Below, piece by piece: positions 1-12,635 of a DNA stretch of 64,000 bases. The position numbers and the translations under genes were made by a program. Under the pieces are notes generated by a model that had not been told where the DNA came from, ran no database searches, and saw only the letters and a list, made by a program, of their open reading frames with translations. Source of the stretch: Octopus sinensis (taxonomy: Eukaryota); assembly GCF_006345805.1 (NCBI RefSeq), contig NC_043012.1, forward strand, positions 8,990,001 to 9,054,000, in the 5' to 3' direction. How positions within the stretch are numbered: the stretch's first letter is position 1; each line of letters opens with the position of its first letter.

Positions 1-399
1 CCCAGGCCGACCAAAGCCTTGTAAATGGATTTGCTAGAGAGAAAAAAGCTCCTCATAATAGATACACACACACACACTGCAGTCGACGTCATAGACTTAA
101 ACCTTCCTAGAACTTGCTGGCTTTGTGCCAAAATTTGAAACCAATATTACTTCTTTAGAATATAAGGGAGGCCACTAAATACCACAAAACAGGCCGATGT
201 TCTACCGACTAATATCAAAACAAAACAAAACAAAACAAACAACAAAAAACCGAACTATATTCCAGAAATAAGATGATAGGAATAAATACACTAATTATCT
301 CAGTCATAAAGTGCAGCTTCGGTATAATGTATTAGGGGTTTGAGGAACCCCTAACTGAGGTGGAAAATGGAAATAGCAGCTAGGTCCTGCGATTATACC

Positions 400-603
400 C
401 TTTTACTCTTTTATTTGTTTCAGTCATTTGACTGCGGCCATGCTGGAGCACCGCCTTTAATCGAGCAACTCAACCCCATGACTTATTCTTTGTAAGCCCA
501 GTACTTATTCTATCGGTCTCTTTTGCCGAACCGCTAAGTGACGGGGACATAAACACACCAGCATCGGTTGTCAAGCAATGCTAGGGGGACAAACACAGAC
601 ACA

Positions 604-645
<42 letters not shown>

Positions 646-815
646 CATATATACGAGGGACTTCTTTCAGCTTCCGTCTACCAAATCCACTCACAAGGCT
701 TTGGTCGGCCCAAGGCTATGGTAGAAGACACTTGCCTAAGGTGCCACGCAGTGGGACTGAACCCGGAACCATGTGGTTGGTAAACAAGCTACTTACCACA
801 CAGCCACTCCTACGC
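400..815 (-). mobile_element. tRNA-derived SINE family A, full length, with internal (CA)n/(TA)n microsatellite
   Basis: The minus-strand head GCGTAGGAGTGGCTGTGTGG..GGTTCAGTCCC has pol III A/B boxes, followed by a CORE-like GGCAAGTGTCTT segment. Near-identical copies lie at 10440, 38030 and 56431. Confidence 0.9.
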
Positions 816-1752
816 ATTGTTCCTAAGTGGAAGAGGTTCTTTAACCTTTAACACTGCATTTTCTCTAGAATTGTTTCCTTTACTTCAGGGAGAGAACTCA
901 TACGATGACATAATGCGTCGACAGATATTTGTTTTCATGCCTGTATTTTGATACCAACCCTTAACTTCTCTTGTGTCTCCTGAAAGGTTGTGTCAATGGC
1001 TTAACACTACCACTAGACATGTTGTCTGCCTCTAGCTAAGTCGAATATGCTGCAAACATTCCAGCAAAGTTTGTAGTTTGAGGATACTTTTCTTTCCCGC
1101 CCTTCAGCCAACATCAGAGGCCCTGTAAAAGGTCAAGTCGTTGCCCACTCTCTTGGCTAAATGCATGAGATCTAAAATATCTACTAATTCAATAATTTTT
1201 GATGTCTTATTACCATGATCGAAAATATCCTCTTCAAATATAATGATTTTTTCCTTTTAATAAACTTGCATTAATTATATCAGTTATTAATATCTCATAC
1301 AGTTATTAATCTTTTATACAGCAACGACTTAAATTTCACTTTCTTGTGCATTTGAAAACATCATTTTATTCTAGTTCATTAATTTTATTTTCAAATGAAT
1401 CAAACGAATTTTTTAATTGTATACGAAAAATTAATTACAAGTTCGGAAGATTAGTGAAGTTTATGTGTTGTAAGGAGTGTAGAATATAGCATTTCGTCGC
1501 TCTGTTTCTGTGTCTGAGAATAAGGAAACATGGTCGGAATCACTGGGACGGCGAAGTGTGCTTGATGATGTGAGAGGGCGAGGGGTTATTGAAGTGTAAG
1601 GAACAAAGGAAAAAGGCCAAATATTTAAACAGAAGGATCACTCAATACTTTTAGTAGAGTAAATTTTATTAAACTTTTACATGGAGAAAGCTGCTAGTGA
1701 CTTTGAAGTACTGATTAGCTCGGAGTTACTTCATGTATATATAAATAAATAA

Positions 1753-2003
1753 TAAATGCGCCCTTTTAAAGCCTAGCCAGGCTCATGGGCCCGGTTTCTC
1801 GGTTTATATGGCGTATGTGTTCTCCAGCTGGACGGGACGCCAGTCCATCGCAGCGCAACTCATTTTTGCCATCTGAGTGGACTGGAGCAACGTGAAATGA
1901 AGTGTTTTGCCCAAGAACACAACGCGTCGCCCGGTCCAGGAATCGAAACCACAATCTTACGATCATGGTGCTGATACCCAAACCACTAAGCCACGCTCCT
2001 CCA
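1753..2003 (-). mobile_element. tRNA-derived SINE family C
   Basis: Head TGGAGGAGCGTGGCTTAGTGG..GGTTTCGATTCC (A/B boxes). Copies at 14354 and 38957. Confidence 0.88.
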
Positions 2004-2047
<44 letters not shown>

Positions 2048-2049
<2 letters not shown>

Positions 2050-2184
2050 GGTAGTTTGACCAAAAGAACAGGATATTGCAAGCAAAATTAAATATTGCGA
2101 AAAACGCATTTGGCCAAATTTGGACATACGATAGGTTAACATAATGGCAACGATATATATATGTTCTTTTGGTCAAACTACCGT
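2048..2184. repeat. 23-bp perfect inverted repeat next to (TA)n
   Basis: ACGGTAGTTTGACCAAAAGAACA (2048-2070) and its reverse complement (2162-2184). Confidence 0.9.
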
Positions 2185-2221
2185 TTCTCCAGCTGCTTCA
2201 GATGCCAAGATATCAAATATA

Positions 2222-2890
2222 CGAGGGGAAGTCAAAAAGTTACCTGCACTTTTGCCATAACATATCTTTATTATTGTCACACTGCCTTCTGCGCATGTGT
2301 GCTTATAGTTGGTACTATTGTGGTCACGTGGTCGAAGTTTGAGCCTGATCACGCCATTTTTCTTTCTGGCCTCACAATGTAAGCATGGCCGCTCCACTAG
2401 CAACGTGTACCAAAGAAGAACAAAAAGCAGTGATCCGATTTCTCTTGTCAGAAGGTGTGTCAGATGCTGACATTCATCGGAGGATTTTAGCATAATACGT
2501 GGACAGTGCATTACCGCGTAGAAGTGTGTATGAGTGGATCGAGACGTTTAAAAATGGCCGGACAAGCGTGATGCACGAAGAGGGATCAGGGCACCCGTCA
2601 ACCTCCACCACTGACGAGAAGATTCAGTAAGCACGAGAGATGGTGATGGTGAACCGGTTCGCCTTTACCATTTCTCTGATCACTGCTCTTTGTTCTTCTT
2701 TGGTGCACGTTGCCAGTGGAACGGCCATGCTGGCACTGTAAAGCCAGAAAGAAAGATGGCGCGATCAGGCTCAAACTTCGACCACGTGACCAACATAGTA
2801 CCAACTATAAGCACGCATGCGCAGAAGGCAGTGTGACAATAATAAAGATATGTTATGGCAAAAGTGCAGGTAACTTTTGACTTCCCTTCA
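2222..2890 (+). mobile_element. Non-autonomous mariner made of two inverted 5' ends (~215-bp TIRs) with a transposase N-terminal remnant
   Basis: Starts TA|CGAGGGGAAGTCAAAAAG and ends with the reverse complement. From ATG 2385 it reads MAAPLATCTKEEQKAVIRFLLSEG..SVYEWIETFKNGRTSV..GHPSTS, a mariner HTH region with 2 stops. Confidence 0.9.
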
Positions 2891-3151
2891 TTTATGTATG
2901 TATGTATGTATGTATGTATCTATGCATGCATGCATGTATATATATATATGTATGCATGTATATACATATATATATATATATACATACATACATACATACT
3001 ACATATGTATGTATATATATATATGTATATATGTATATATGTATATATATATGTATATATATGTATATATATATATATATAGTATATATGGTATATATAT
3101 ATATTATATATATATATATATACATACATAATAATACATACGTACATACAT

Positions 3152-3216
<65 letters not shown>

Positions 3217-3240
3217 CGTATGTATTATTATGTATGTATA

Positions 3241-3292
<52 letters not shown>

Positions 3293-3295
3293 TAA

Positions 3296-3329
<34 letters not shown>

Positions 3330-3370
3330 CATATATACATATATATATATATACATATATACATATATAT
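2891..3370. repeat. Compound (TA)/(TATG)/(CA) microsatellite with an internal palindrome
   Basis: Read directly from the sequence. Confidence 0.95.
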
Positions 3371-3490
3371 AACGGGAAGCTTTATGAAAATAAACAAAAG
3401 ACGAAGGCAGGTGGAAAACAAACGAACAATTGTATTAGTATGGCGCTCAGGAAATATAAATAAAACAAGTCTTTAACGTTTCGAGCCTAT
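3371..3490 (-). mobile_element. Truncated copy of a (TA)n-inserted HHR-bearing element (Penelope-like pLTR family P1)
   Basis: Near-identical to 55374-55490 and to the reverse complement of 40885-41002. Truncated inside the ribozyme motif. Confidence 0.8.
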
Positions 3491-3865
3491 ACATATATAT
3501 ATATACATGTATATTCTGGCTAGTACATGCTATGATTGAATTGTTAATCAGAAATTCTTGCGCAGCTGGCGGTCATTTGTAGCTATTCTATTGAAGCATC
3601 ATGTTATCCACTTGTTTTGACTTATTGTATGGAATTGAGTTTTCGGACACGAGTATGCCGAAACTACACTGATTCTTGTTTCCATGGCTAACGAGAGGTA
3701 TTCCGTTAATTGACTTTCAGTTGTCTCACTATATTTTGACTACATATAAATGTATACACACACATACATACATACATACATACATACATACATACATACA
3801 TACTTACACTAACACGTACATATACACATACATACACGCATGCGCGCACACATTTGTGAAATTAT

Positions 3866-3965
3866 NNNNNNNNNNNNNNNNNNNNNNNNNNNNNNNNNNN
3901 NNNNNNNNNNNNNNNNNNNNNNNNNNNNNNNNNNNNNNNNNNNNNNNNNNNNNNNNNNNNNNNNN
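3866..3965. other. Assembly gap (100 N)
   Basis: Run of N. Confidence 1.
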
Positions 3966-4504
3966 TAGGAACACTGCCGTTTCGAGCTCTGAACCGATGT
4001 CTGCCAGAATACACATGAAAACCCAACAAGAAAACACCCTGCATTTAGTGCTTTAGCTGTGTTTTGTGCATTTGTTTCTGGTCTAACATTTTAGACATAG
4101 TTTCACTTGTCCTTTATCCCCAGAGAATGACATCAAATCCCATAAACACAACTGAAATGATAATAATTACACTCTTCCTCCCGCTCCCACTTTCTTTCAG
4201 CAGTGACCTGTGTCTATTTGCAGCTGTATGGACACAACGTGGTCAAGTGGTTACGAGGCTCGCTTCGCAATCACAAAGGTCCTGGTTCGATCACACTATA
4301 TAGCATCTTGAAAAAGTATTTTTTTTGCTATTGCCTCGGCTTTACTTGTGATTCGTGAGTGAAATTAGCAAGAGCAGTAATTTTCAACTGTTTTTACCTA
4401 TGGACAGTAGCGTAACTAAGGGTGGGGGGAGGGAAACAAGGGTGGCACGTGCCCCAGGCGCCGATTGAGGTGGGGGGCACAGAATTGGCCATAATACGAT
4501 AAGC

Positions 4505-5138
4505 TTGAACTTCATTTGTGAGCCGCTCTCTGGCTACCTATCTGAGGTTTTATATAGCTATGGTGTGGCCTCACCTGGAATTTGCATCACCGGTCTGGAA
4601 CCCCTATCTTGCCCGGGATATTAATCGTCTGGAAACCGTTCAGCGACGTGCAAATAAGAGAATACCCTTCATCAGGCATTTGCCATATTCTGAACGCCTT
4701 ACTTTCCTGGGCATGGATACATTGAAACTTCGACGTCTGGCAGCTGACTTAGCAGACATCCAAAAAAATTATTAACCATCTTACCAACAATAACTCCGAG
4801 CACTTTTTCAAACTCCACCTGTCTAACAGCCGTGGACATGTTTACAAAGTCAGAAAACAACACAGCTCCCATGACTTTTGGAAACATTTTTTCACGCTGA
4901 GAGTTGCTGAAGTATGGAACAAACTGCACTGCATCCTTCAAAACTTCCATGCTTCCTGAGATTCGCCAACACTGCACCTGATTTTCTCCCCTCCATACAC
5001 ACGCAAGCATGTATCTGACTCATACACTGTTCACTTCCCAGACATTTGTACATTACTGCATATGCTTTATACGCACTTTTGACAAGTTGTGGTGCACCTG
5101 AGCACTGTATACAATAATTTCCTTATTATATTATTATT
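4505..5138 (+). mobile_element. 5'-truncated CR1-clade LINE 3' end (RT C-terminus, 3' UTR, (TTA)n tail)
   Basis: Translates as YIAMVWPHLEFASPVWNPYLARDINRLETVQRRA..LPYSERL..LKLRRLAADL..RGH..KHFFTLRVAEVWNKL, with a frameshift near 4765. Confidence 0.88.
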
Positions 5139-5401
5139 AAAACTGCAATTGTAAAGATAGATCTCCAGTTTAGCGTTTTATGCTGTTATTGAAGGTAGAC
5201 ACAATATGATGGCTGTCTACATTCATGTCTGGACATTTTTACAAAGCGCGTCAAAAATGGTTTGAGGCTCAAATTGAGAGAAATCCGCATATTTTCGCCT
5301 TGCACAAATAAGGGTATAAAATTAAGTGTGGTGGTAAACACTCTATATTAAATTTACTTAACCGTCATTTATTCATTTAACTGATAATCATTCTTTGTGG
5401 T

Positions 5402-5784
5402 GTGGAGGCGCAATGGCCCAGTGGTTAGGGCAGCGGACTCGCGGTCATAGGATCGCGGTTTCGATTCCCAGACCGGGCGTTGTGAGTGTTTATTGGGCGA
5501 AAACACCTAAAGCTCCACGAGGCTCCGGCAGGGGATGGTGGTGATCCCTGCTGTACTCTTTCACCACAACTTTCTCTCACTCTTACTTCCTGTTTCTGTT
5601 GTACCTGTATTTCAAAGGGCCGGCCTTGTCACTCTCTGTGTCACGCTGAATATCCCCGAGAACTACGTTAAGGGTACACGTGTCTGTGGAGTGCTCAGCC
5701 ACTTACACGTTAATTTCACGAGCAGGCTGTTCCGTTGATTCGGATCAACCGGAACCCTCGTCGTCGTAACCGACGGAGTGCTTC
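5402..5784 (+). mobile_element. tRNA-derived SINE family B (tail T1), full length, young
   Basis: A/B boxes TGGCCCAGTGG and GGTTTCGATTCC. 13-bp TSD CATTCTTTGTGGT at 5389-5401 and 5785-5797. Nearly identical to the copies at 22426 and 62685. Confidence 0.93.
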
Positions 5785-6549
5785 CATTCTTTGTGGTTCT
5801 AAAAATAGTTCATTCTTATCTTTTCAGTGTAAATCGATTTTCCATTTCAGCATAACTTGTAACTTCGGGTAAATGGTTCGTTATGTTATCAATAAAGATT
5901 TCGACTTCCTACCTCGAGTGGACGTGTGGTTGCCAATAAGATCATTCAAAAGTAGTTGTCCCATTTCTATCCTTGGAACCTGTTAAAGTAACCTTGAGAT
6001 AAAGCCATCCGCTAGAGATTAGATCCGCAGCCTTGGAATACTTTCCTACACTATAAAATTAAAAGGAAAGTTTAGGTTTGGAAAAGAAATAAGGAAATAG
6101 AATTCTGATTTGGAAGACTTCTCGTGCCAACAAGATATATATCCTAGCAGTCTAATTGGTAAAGCATTCTTTTGAGTCTATATGGATACAGTTCTTGTAC
6201 AGCATGCTTCAAAATAACATTAAAGAATTACATATATCAATACAACTCTTCGTATTACATGATTATTCCGATCTGAGAAATCTTAAATAGCCGCCATTGA
6301 ATATTCTCTTTTTGCCACCAGAGAATGTAAAAGACGGTGATTTGAGGAATCAGGAAAATCGATGGAAAACGGAGAGAAAAACAAAATTAAAAATATACAG
6401 AAAAAAAGCTACAGCAAAACAGGAAAAAATTTACGAAGAAATAACAAAATTCTTTCAGTTGTTGCTTGTGTTGTTGTTGTTGTTGTTGTTTCGCAGCTTC
6501 TCGCCATACAGACAACTAATCACTTCTTCATCGCAACAACTTTCACATG

Positions 6550-6641
6550 TACTACTACTACTGCTGCTGCTACTACTACTACTAGTACTACTACTACTGC
6601 TGCTGCTGCTGCTACTACTACTACTACTACTACTACAACTG

Positions 6642-6672
<31 letters not shown>

Positions 6673-6686
6673 CACGACCATCACTG

Positions 6687-6740
<54 letters not shown>

Positions 6741-6799
6741 CACGACCACTGCTGCTGCTGCTGCTGCTACTACTACTACTACTACTACTGCTGCTGCTG

Positions 6800-6830
<31 letters not shown>

Positions 6831-6837
6831 CACCACG

Positions 6838-6887
<50 letters not shown>

Positions 6888-6900
6888 CACGACCACTGCT
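6550..6900. repeat. (CTA)/(CTG)/(CCA) trinucleotide microsatellite
   Basis: Read directly. It generates the poly-L/Y/T/S ORFs. Confidence 0.95.
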
Positions 6901-6904
6901 GCCG

Positions 6905-7086
6905 ATCACGAATAGCCAACGAGAAAGAAGAAACTCTGCTCCGCATGGAATTACATGGTCAGTTCCATCGTGATACTAACAACTTAAAAGACTAGGAGGC
7001 ATCATGGAGGTGGCTCAGCAAGGGTGACCTAAAAGAAGACTGAAAGCCTAATCATCGCTGTCCAGTAACAGGTATTGATTACTAAC
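6905..7086 (+). mobile_element. R4/Dong-like LINE fragment, post-RT region
   Basis: ELHGQFHRD..SWRWLSKGDLK..TESLIIAVQ*QVLITN resembles the HGQF/WL..G.LK.ETE..I.AAQ.Q segment of R4/Dong ORFs. Confidence 0.75.
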
Positions 7087-7123
7087 GCGAGGTATTGATT
7101 ACTAACAGGTATTGATTACTATA

Positions 7124-7354
7124 AGGCGGCGAGCTGGCAGAAACGTTAGCACGCCGGGCGAAATGCTTAGCGGTATTTCGTCTGCGTTACGTTGTGAGTT
7201 CAAATTCCGCCGAGGTCGACTTTGCCTTTCATCCTTTCGGGGTCGATAAATTAAGTACCAGTTACGCACTGGGGTCGATGTAATCGACTTAATACCTATG
7301 TCTGTCCTTGGTTGTCCCCTCTGTGTTTAGCCCCTAGTGGGTAATAAAGAAATA
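7124..7354 (+). mobile_element. tRNA-derived SINE family D, full length
   Basis: GGCGGCGAGCTGGCAGAA..GAGTTCAAATTCC..GCCTTTCATCCTTTCGGGGTCGATAAATTAAGTACC..AATAAAGAAATA. TSD GGTATTGATTACTA. Confidence 0.92.
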
Positions 7355-7371
7355 GGTATTGATTACTAACT

Positions 7372-7824
7372 GACAGATTTGCTTGTCAATTGTTTGACCT
7401 TAACCAATAATTGACCTTGTCAATTGTTTGACCATGACCCTTAGTGGCTGACGATATGTGCATCTGTGATCACGAGCAGAAATAGTGGGGGGGGGGCATC
7501 ATAGCCGTGTGTTGAGAGAGATTCTTTGGGGTTTGAATAATTCACTTCTGGAAACATGGGTGATTCGTTCAACATCCTTAAACAACCCTCATTCAGGGAC
7601 TTTTTGAGTGAGATGGGTTACTCGACCTGAAGAAAATTCTACCTGGGCCCCACCTGCAAAGTCATGTGCTGTTTATCTTGATATGAGATCACCATGTCGC
7701 GCACATATGGTTGTGATGCATGTGCCTAGTGTACCATTATCAGACGGGTAGTCATGATAGGTATACTGGGTTTCGTATATTTTACGCCAGTGTCACTTTG
7801 ATGGCATGCACTGCTCTCTCACTC

Positions 7825-7825
<1 letters not shown>
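7372..7825 (+). mobile_element. 5'-truncated retroposon E ending in (AAT)n
   Basis: Highly similar to 32620-33046, with the same 3' end followed by (AAT)n. Confidence 0.85.
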
Positions 7826-7866
<41 letters not shown>

Positions 7867-7959
7867 TAATAATAATAATAATAATAATAATAAAATATAA
7901 TGATAATAATAAAATAATAAATAATACTAATAATATAATAATAATAATAATAATAATAG

Positions 7960-8760
7960 TTGAAAACACGTCTTTGTGTAACAACAGCACAGCCGAGGTA
8001 ATAATCAAAAGAGGTATCTCCCAAGGAGATTCTTGTTCCCTATGTTATTTGTTATAGCCTTGATCTCACTTTCTGTAGTCCTACACAAAGTCAACGTGCA
8101 CTATGAGCTAAGAAAGAATGGACCTCGTCTCAACCACCTTCTCATCATGGATGATTTAAAACTGTTCGCAAAATCAGAGCCTGAGATGGAGAGGCCGGTT
8201 GAGACTGTGAAGATGTGCAGCAAGGATATAGAGACGGAATTCAGTATCTCGAAGTGTGCGGTGCTCACATAGAAACGGGGGGAAAAGAGTAGATTGTAAG
8301 GGCATAGAATTACCAAACTGAGAGAGAATGGAAGACCCGGATGAAGATGGGTACAAGTACCTTGGGATCCTGGAGCCGGACAATATCTTGCACAGAGAAA
8401 CGAAAGAAAATCTCATCACTGCATATTTGAAGCTCCTGAAACTTCTCTTGAAATCAAAACGAAACTCAAGGAACCTTGTAGCTGTCATCAACATATGGGC
8501 TGTTGCTGTAGTCCGTTGGAGTGCACTCATCCGGAAATGGACACGAGCGGAGATTAACCTACTCGATCGCACTACCAGAAAGACCAGGACAATGCATGGT
8601 GCCCTCCACCCTAAGGCGAACACACACAGGGTGTACATGAGGAGATGTAAAGGTGGACGTGGGTTGATTAGCGTACGGGAGTGCATTAACAGTGAAAGAA
8701 GAAACATGGCAGAATATTTGGTAAAACAGAAAACAAGACCTGCTTTAGTATGCTGCTAAT
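7960..8760 (+). mobile_element. R4/Dong-like LINE reverse transcriptase pseudogene fragment
   Basis: IKRGISQGDS..LFVIAL..NHLLIMDDLKLFAK..KCA..YKYLGILE..INIWAVAVVR..LDRTTRK..MHGALHPKA..RVYMRRCKGGRGL, with stops and frameshifts. It directly follows (TAA)n. Confidence 0.9.
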
Positions 8761-8893
8761 GTAGAAGGATTATTATTACCACCAACACCACCACCACCAT
8801 AAAAATCACCACCATCATCATCATTATTCATATACACACAATAGATTTGACTGTTGGGAAAGATAAATTTCTAACATCGGGCTACAACAAGTA

Positions 8894-8956
<63 letters not shown>

Positions 8957-9097
8957 GATTATTATTATTATTAGTATTGTTATTGTTATTATTATTATTA
9001 TTATTATTGTTATTATTATTATTATTTTATTATTATTATTATTATTATGATTATTATTAATTATTATTATTATATTATTATTATTATTATTATTATT

Positions 9098-9552
9098 CAG
9101 TAGTTTTATTTTTATAGCGTGCTTTCACATCACTACCGAGCGCAGCTCTGTGTGCCTTGGGTATGTGCTGTGATTTGTTGTGATGCTCTGATGGTTATTG
9201 TATGGAAAGTGTTCTGCGTATGGATGTGTTGCAGTGCCTAGTAGTGCAATTTTCTGTATGTTATGTGTTTGTAAGTCCTGGTGTTTTTGTTATGTATTTG
9301 TCTGAATATTTTTTTATCATGCCTAATGCACCTACTATGATAGGAATTGTTTCTGTTTTCAGATTCCACATTCTAGTTACCTCTATTTCCAGGTCTTTGT
9401 ATTTTGAGAGTTTCTCCATTTCGTTTCTCCATTTCTTAGAGACACGTTGTCTTCTGCCGGTATTGATACATCAATTAGAAAGCATTTTTTTTCTTCATGA
9501 TCTCTGACAACTATATCTGGTCTGTTGGCCTTAATTTCTCTATCTGTGTTGT
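9098..9552 (-). mobile_element. R4/Dong-like LINE 3' end with restriction-like endonuclease domain, inside (TAA)n
   Basis: The minus strand reads TDREIKANRPDIVV..FLIDVSIP..EKLSKYKDLEIEVTRMWNLKTETIPIIVGALG (PD..D REL motif). (TTA)n lies on both flanks. Confidence 0.9.
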
Positions 9553-9592
<40 letters not shown>

Positions 9593-9845
9593 ATTATTAT
9601 TATTATTATACTTTTAGCAGTTATTTCGGGTTCAAGTATGATTCCAGTTCTGAGTTGAGTTCATTAGTTTGTCATTACCATATTCTCACTACCCACCCAG
9701 CTCACCTCCGCGTCCACAGAATTATTTCACCGTCTGCTACAAGTTCACCTATCTTGACTGCCATCTACAATATAAGAAGACGGCCAATTATAATGTCTCT
9801 GGAGATTAAGTGTTGCTGATTTTACTCACCTCCCCACATATATGT

Positions 9846-10030
9846 GGGGAGCTGGCAGAATCGTTAGCGCGCTGGACGAAATGCTAAGCGGTATTTCGCC
9901 CAACGTTACGTTCTGAGTTCAAATTCCGCCGAGATCGACTTTCGGGGTTGATTAGATAAATGTCAGTTGAGCAATGGGAGTCAGTGTAATCGACTTGCCC
10001 TCATCCTGGCCTTGTGCCAAAATTTGAAAT
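9846..10030 (+). mobile_element. SINE D, diverged and internally deleted
   Basis: Similarity to the 7124 copy. Confidence 0.75.
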
Positions 10031-10439
10031 CTTCACCACCATCATCATCATCATCATCATCATCAGCATCATCACCATCATCAGATGTCATTATTTGCTT
10101 CTGCTGTAATTTAACAGGTATTGTACAGAACGAATAAAGCGACATTGAAATATTGAATCAATAATCGATCGGGGAATTGTGATTCCAAGTCAGTCTTTGA
10201 TTACAGAGTTTCAAGTTTCATTATTCAACTGAAAATGAAAGAAAAAAGGTAAAAAGAGAAAAAAAATACCCTGTTGTTTAATTTAATGAGGGAGAAAAAT
10301 TGATGTCAATGGAGATATATCTTTATTTTTTAAAACAAAAAGAGATTTCTTTTGATAGCAAGTGCTTAGAATATTTCGGTATTTTAGTAAATTATTGAAG
10401 ACTAATGAAATCGTTTCAAAGACAAAAGAAAAAAAAATA

Positions 10440-10666
10440 AGAGTGACTGTGTGGTAAGTAGCTTGCTTACCAACCACATGGTTCCGGGTTCAGTCCCACT
10501 GCGTGGCATCTTGGGCAAGTATCTTCTACTATAGCCTGGGCCGACCAAAGCCATGTGAGTGGATTTGGTAGACGGAAACTGAAAGAAGCCCGTCGTATAT
10601 ATGTATACACACACACACACCCACACACACACCACACACCACACACACACACCACACACACACACA

Positions 10667-10705
<39 letters not shown>

Positions 10706-10965
10706 ATGTATGTGTGTGTATTTGCTTGTGTGTCTGAGTTTGTCCCCCCCCCAACATCGCTTGACAACCGATGCTGGTGTGTTTACGTCCCCGTAACTTA
10801 GCGGTTCGGCAAAAGAGACCGATAGAATAAGTACTAGGCTTACAAAGAATAAGTCCTGGGGTCGATTTGCTCGACTAAAAGTACCAGTTGAGCACTGGAC
10901 TCGATGTAATCGACTTGCACCACCTCCCTCGGAATTGCTGGACTTGTGCCAAAATTTGAAACCAA
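10440..10965 (+). mobile_element. SINE A (to ~10880) fused to a D-type 3' segment
   Basis: The family A body switches at AAGTACCAGTTG to the D-like tail also seen at 9960-10030. Confidence 0.8.
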
Positions 10966-12111
10966 TATAAGGTTAATGAGTAGGATACTCTCAGAAGTTT
11001 TCAAATTTGAAATCGCCCCCCATCCCGTTGACAAATCTCTTTAAAAAAAAAAATCCACGTGAAAAAAAAAAATAAAAGACAAAATGCACCCAAGACTAAA
11101 ACGATAATTGAGTATAAATTGCTTTGAACAATCTCGTGAGGTATTTAATATTGGTTAGGGTCCCACGCTTGACTTGTTTCATTAACCACTAGTCGGAATA
11201 CATACGAATTAATGACGTCAGAATCCTAATTTTATTACAATCAATTAGCATTTGCATTTAGCTTTTAGCTGTTCGTATCCTTATAAACGGCGGACTTCAC
11301 GATATGCGAGCAGTCACGTGCTTTAAAAAGAAGCCGTAGTAAAAGACAGCAGAAGCCCTAATCGAAATCGTAAAAAGAGCCGCAGATCTACTGTCACTCT
11401 TTTACAGTCACAAATTGGGTATTAAAACGAGTGGAACCATTTATATTAAACTCTTTACTGTTAAATGGTAATCGATGCATGAAGCGACCAGAGCCAAATA
11501 TATTTCTTTTTTTTTTTTACAATCCAGGAATCGCTTTTAACCTACAGAAAAAAAAACTATAAAAATATATAAAAAAATAGTTATGTAGTTACGAGCGGCT
11601 CTCAATCTATGAGAGGCTATCAGAAAGAAATTGATGCCTTGATCAGTAAAAAATTGGAAAACCGTCAACTGGCTACCATATTAGTGTGTCATCGTGTATA
11701 CATCAATAAAATTGATGCATTCGCCTCCTGAGAAGGAATAATGTAAGAAGATGAAAGTGATAAGAAAACGTATTCATTTGGCGAAATTGAACAAGAAGAA
11801 AATTTTAAAGAAGATTTGAAGACCTGCATAACAGTGTTTGGTAATTTATTGTAGGGCGGCGGGGTTCGTTCGATACGCAAGGAATGTATGCTCAAGTGCT
11901 TCTTTGACTTGAAAGGGAAAGAGAAACTCTTGACGGACGTTAAACGTATTTCCATTATGTAATTAAAAGATGAAAGCTGATGATGTGATTTCGAAATTTA
12001 TAGTGAATCTGATTAGATAGTTCAATGATCTGTAAACGGTGGCTGAGTTTGGAGTTAAAAAGAACAAAACAAACAACAAAACAACAGTGACAACAGAAAC
12101 AACAGCAGCAG

Positions 12112-12593
12112 TGGAGGCGCAATGGCCCAGTGGTTAGGGCAGCGGACTCGCGGTCGTAAGAACGCGGTTTCGATTTCCAGACCGGACATTGTGAGTGTTT
12201 ATTGAGCAAAAACACCTAAGCTCCACGAGCCTCCGGCTGGTGTGTGTGTGTGAAAACCCCCGCTGTACTCTTTCACTACAACTTTCTCTCACTCTTTCTT
12301 CCTACTTCTGCCACAAAGCAGAGGAACCATGGTGTAACCCACTATGGTGTGGTAAACTTTCAGACCCTAGTCTAGATTGCGAATCCTCTGTACCCCAGGA
12401 TGGTTCAGCTCTCCACCCATTAAAAGCCACCGTTTACGGAATGAGGATAACAACCGTAGCTTCGCACCCGTGCAACCGCCAGTCTATCGCGTGTGGTGGG
12501 TGGATCTTCAAGTTGCCACACGCATTCTTAGTAGCTTAGAGTAGGCTCGAATTAGAGATTATTCTTTGTGGCTAATGGCGTGAGTCCTGATTG

Positions 12594-12595
<2 letters not shown>
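12112..12595 (+). mobile_element. SINE B head with a different tail (T2) ending in (AAT)n
   Basis: B head at 12112-12310, then unrelated sequence, then (AAT)n. Confidence 0.7.

Positions 12596-12635
<40 letters not shown>

Noticed and set aside
4374-4490. Possible hAT termini (CAGTAATTTTCAAC, CAGTAGCGTAACTA)
   Set aside because: No matching opposite end or TSD identified.
5402-5475. tRNA gene-like sequences
   Set aside because: These are SINE heads followed by SINE bodies with TSDs, and they have no proper acceptor stem.
5486-5738. Identical small ORFs recurring at 5.5, 22.5 and 62.7 kb
   Set aside because: Conserved only because they lie in young copies of SINE B.
6297-6995. 232/203/129-aa ORFs with poly-L/Y/T/S
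   Set aside because: Trinucleotide microsatellite. Only the last ~30 aa belong to a LINE fragment.
11975-12005. CTGATGA..GAAA hammerhead-like core
   Set aside because: No convincing stem I, II or III.
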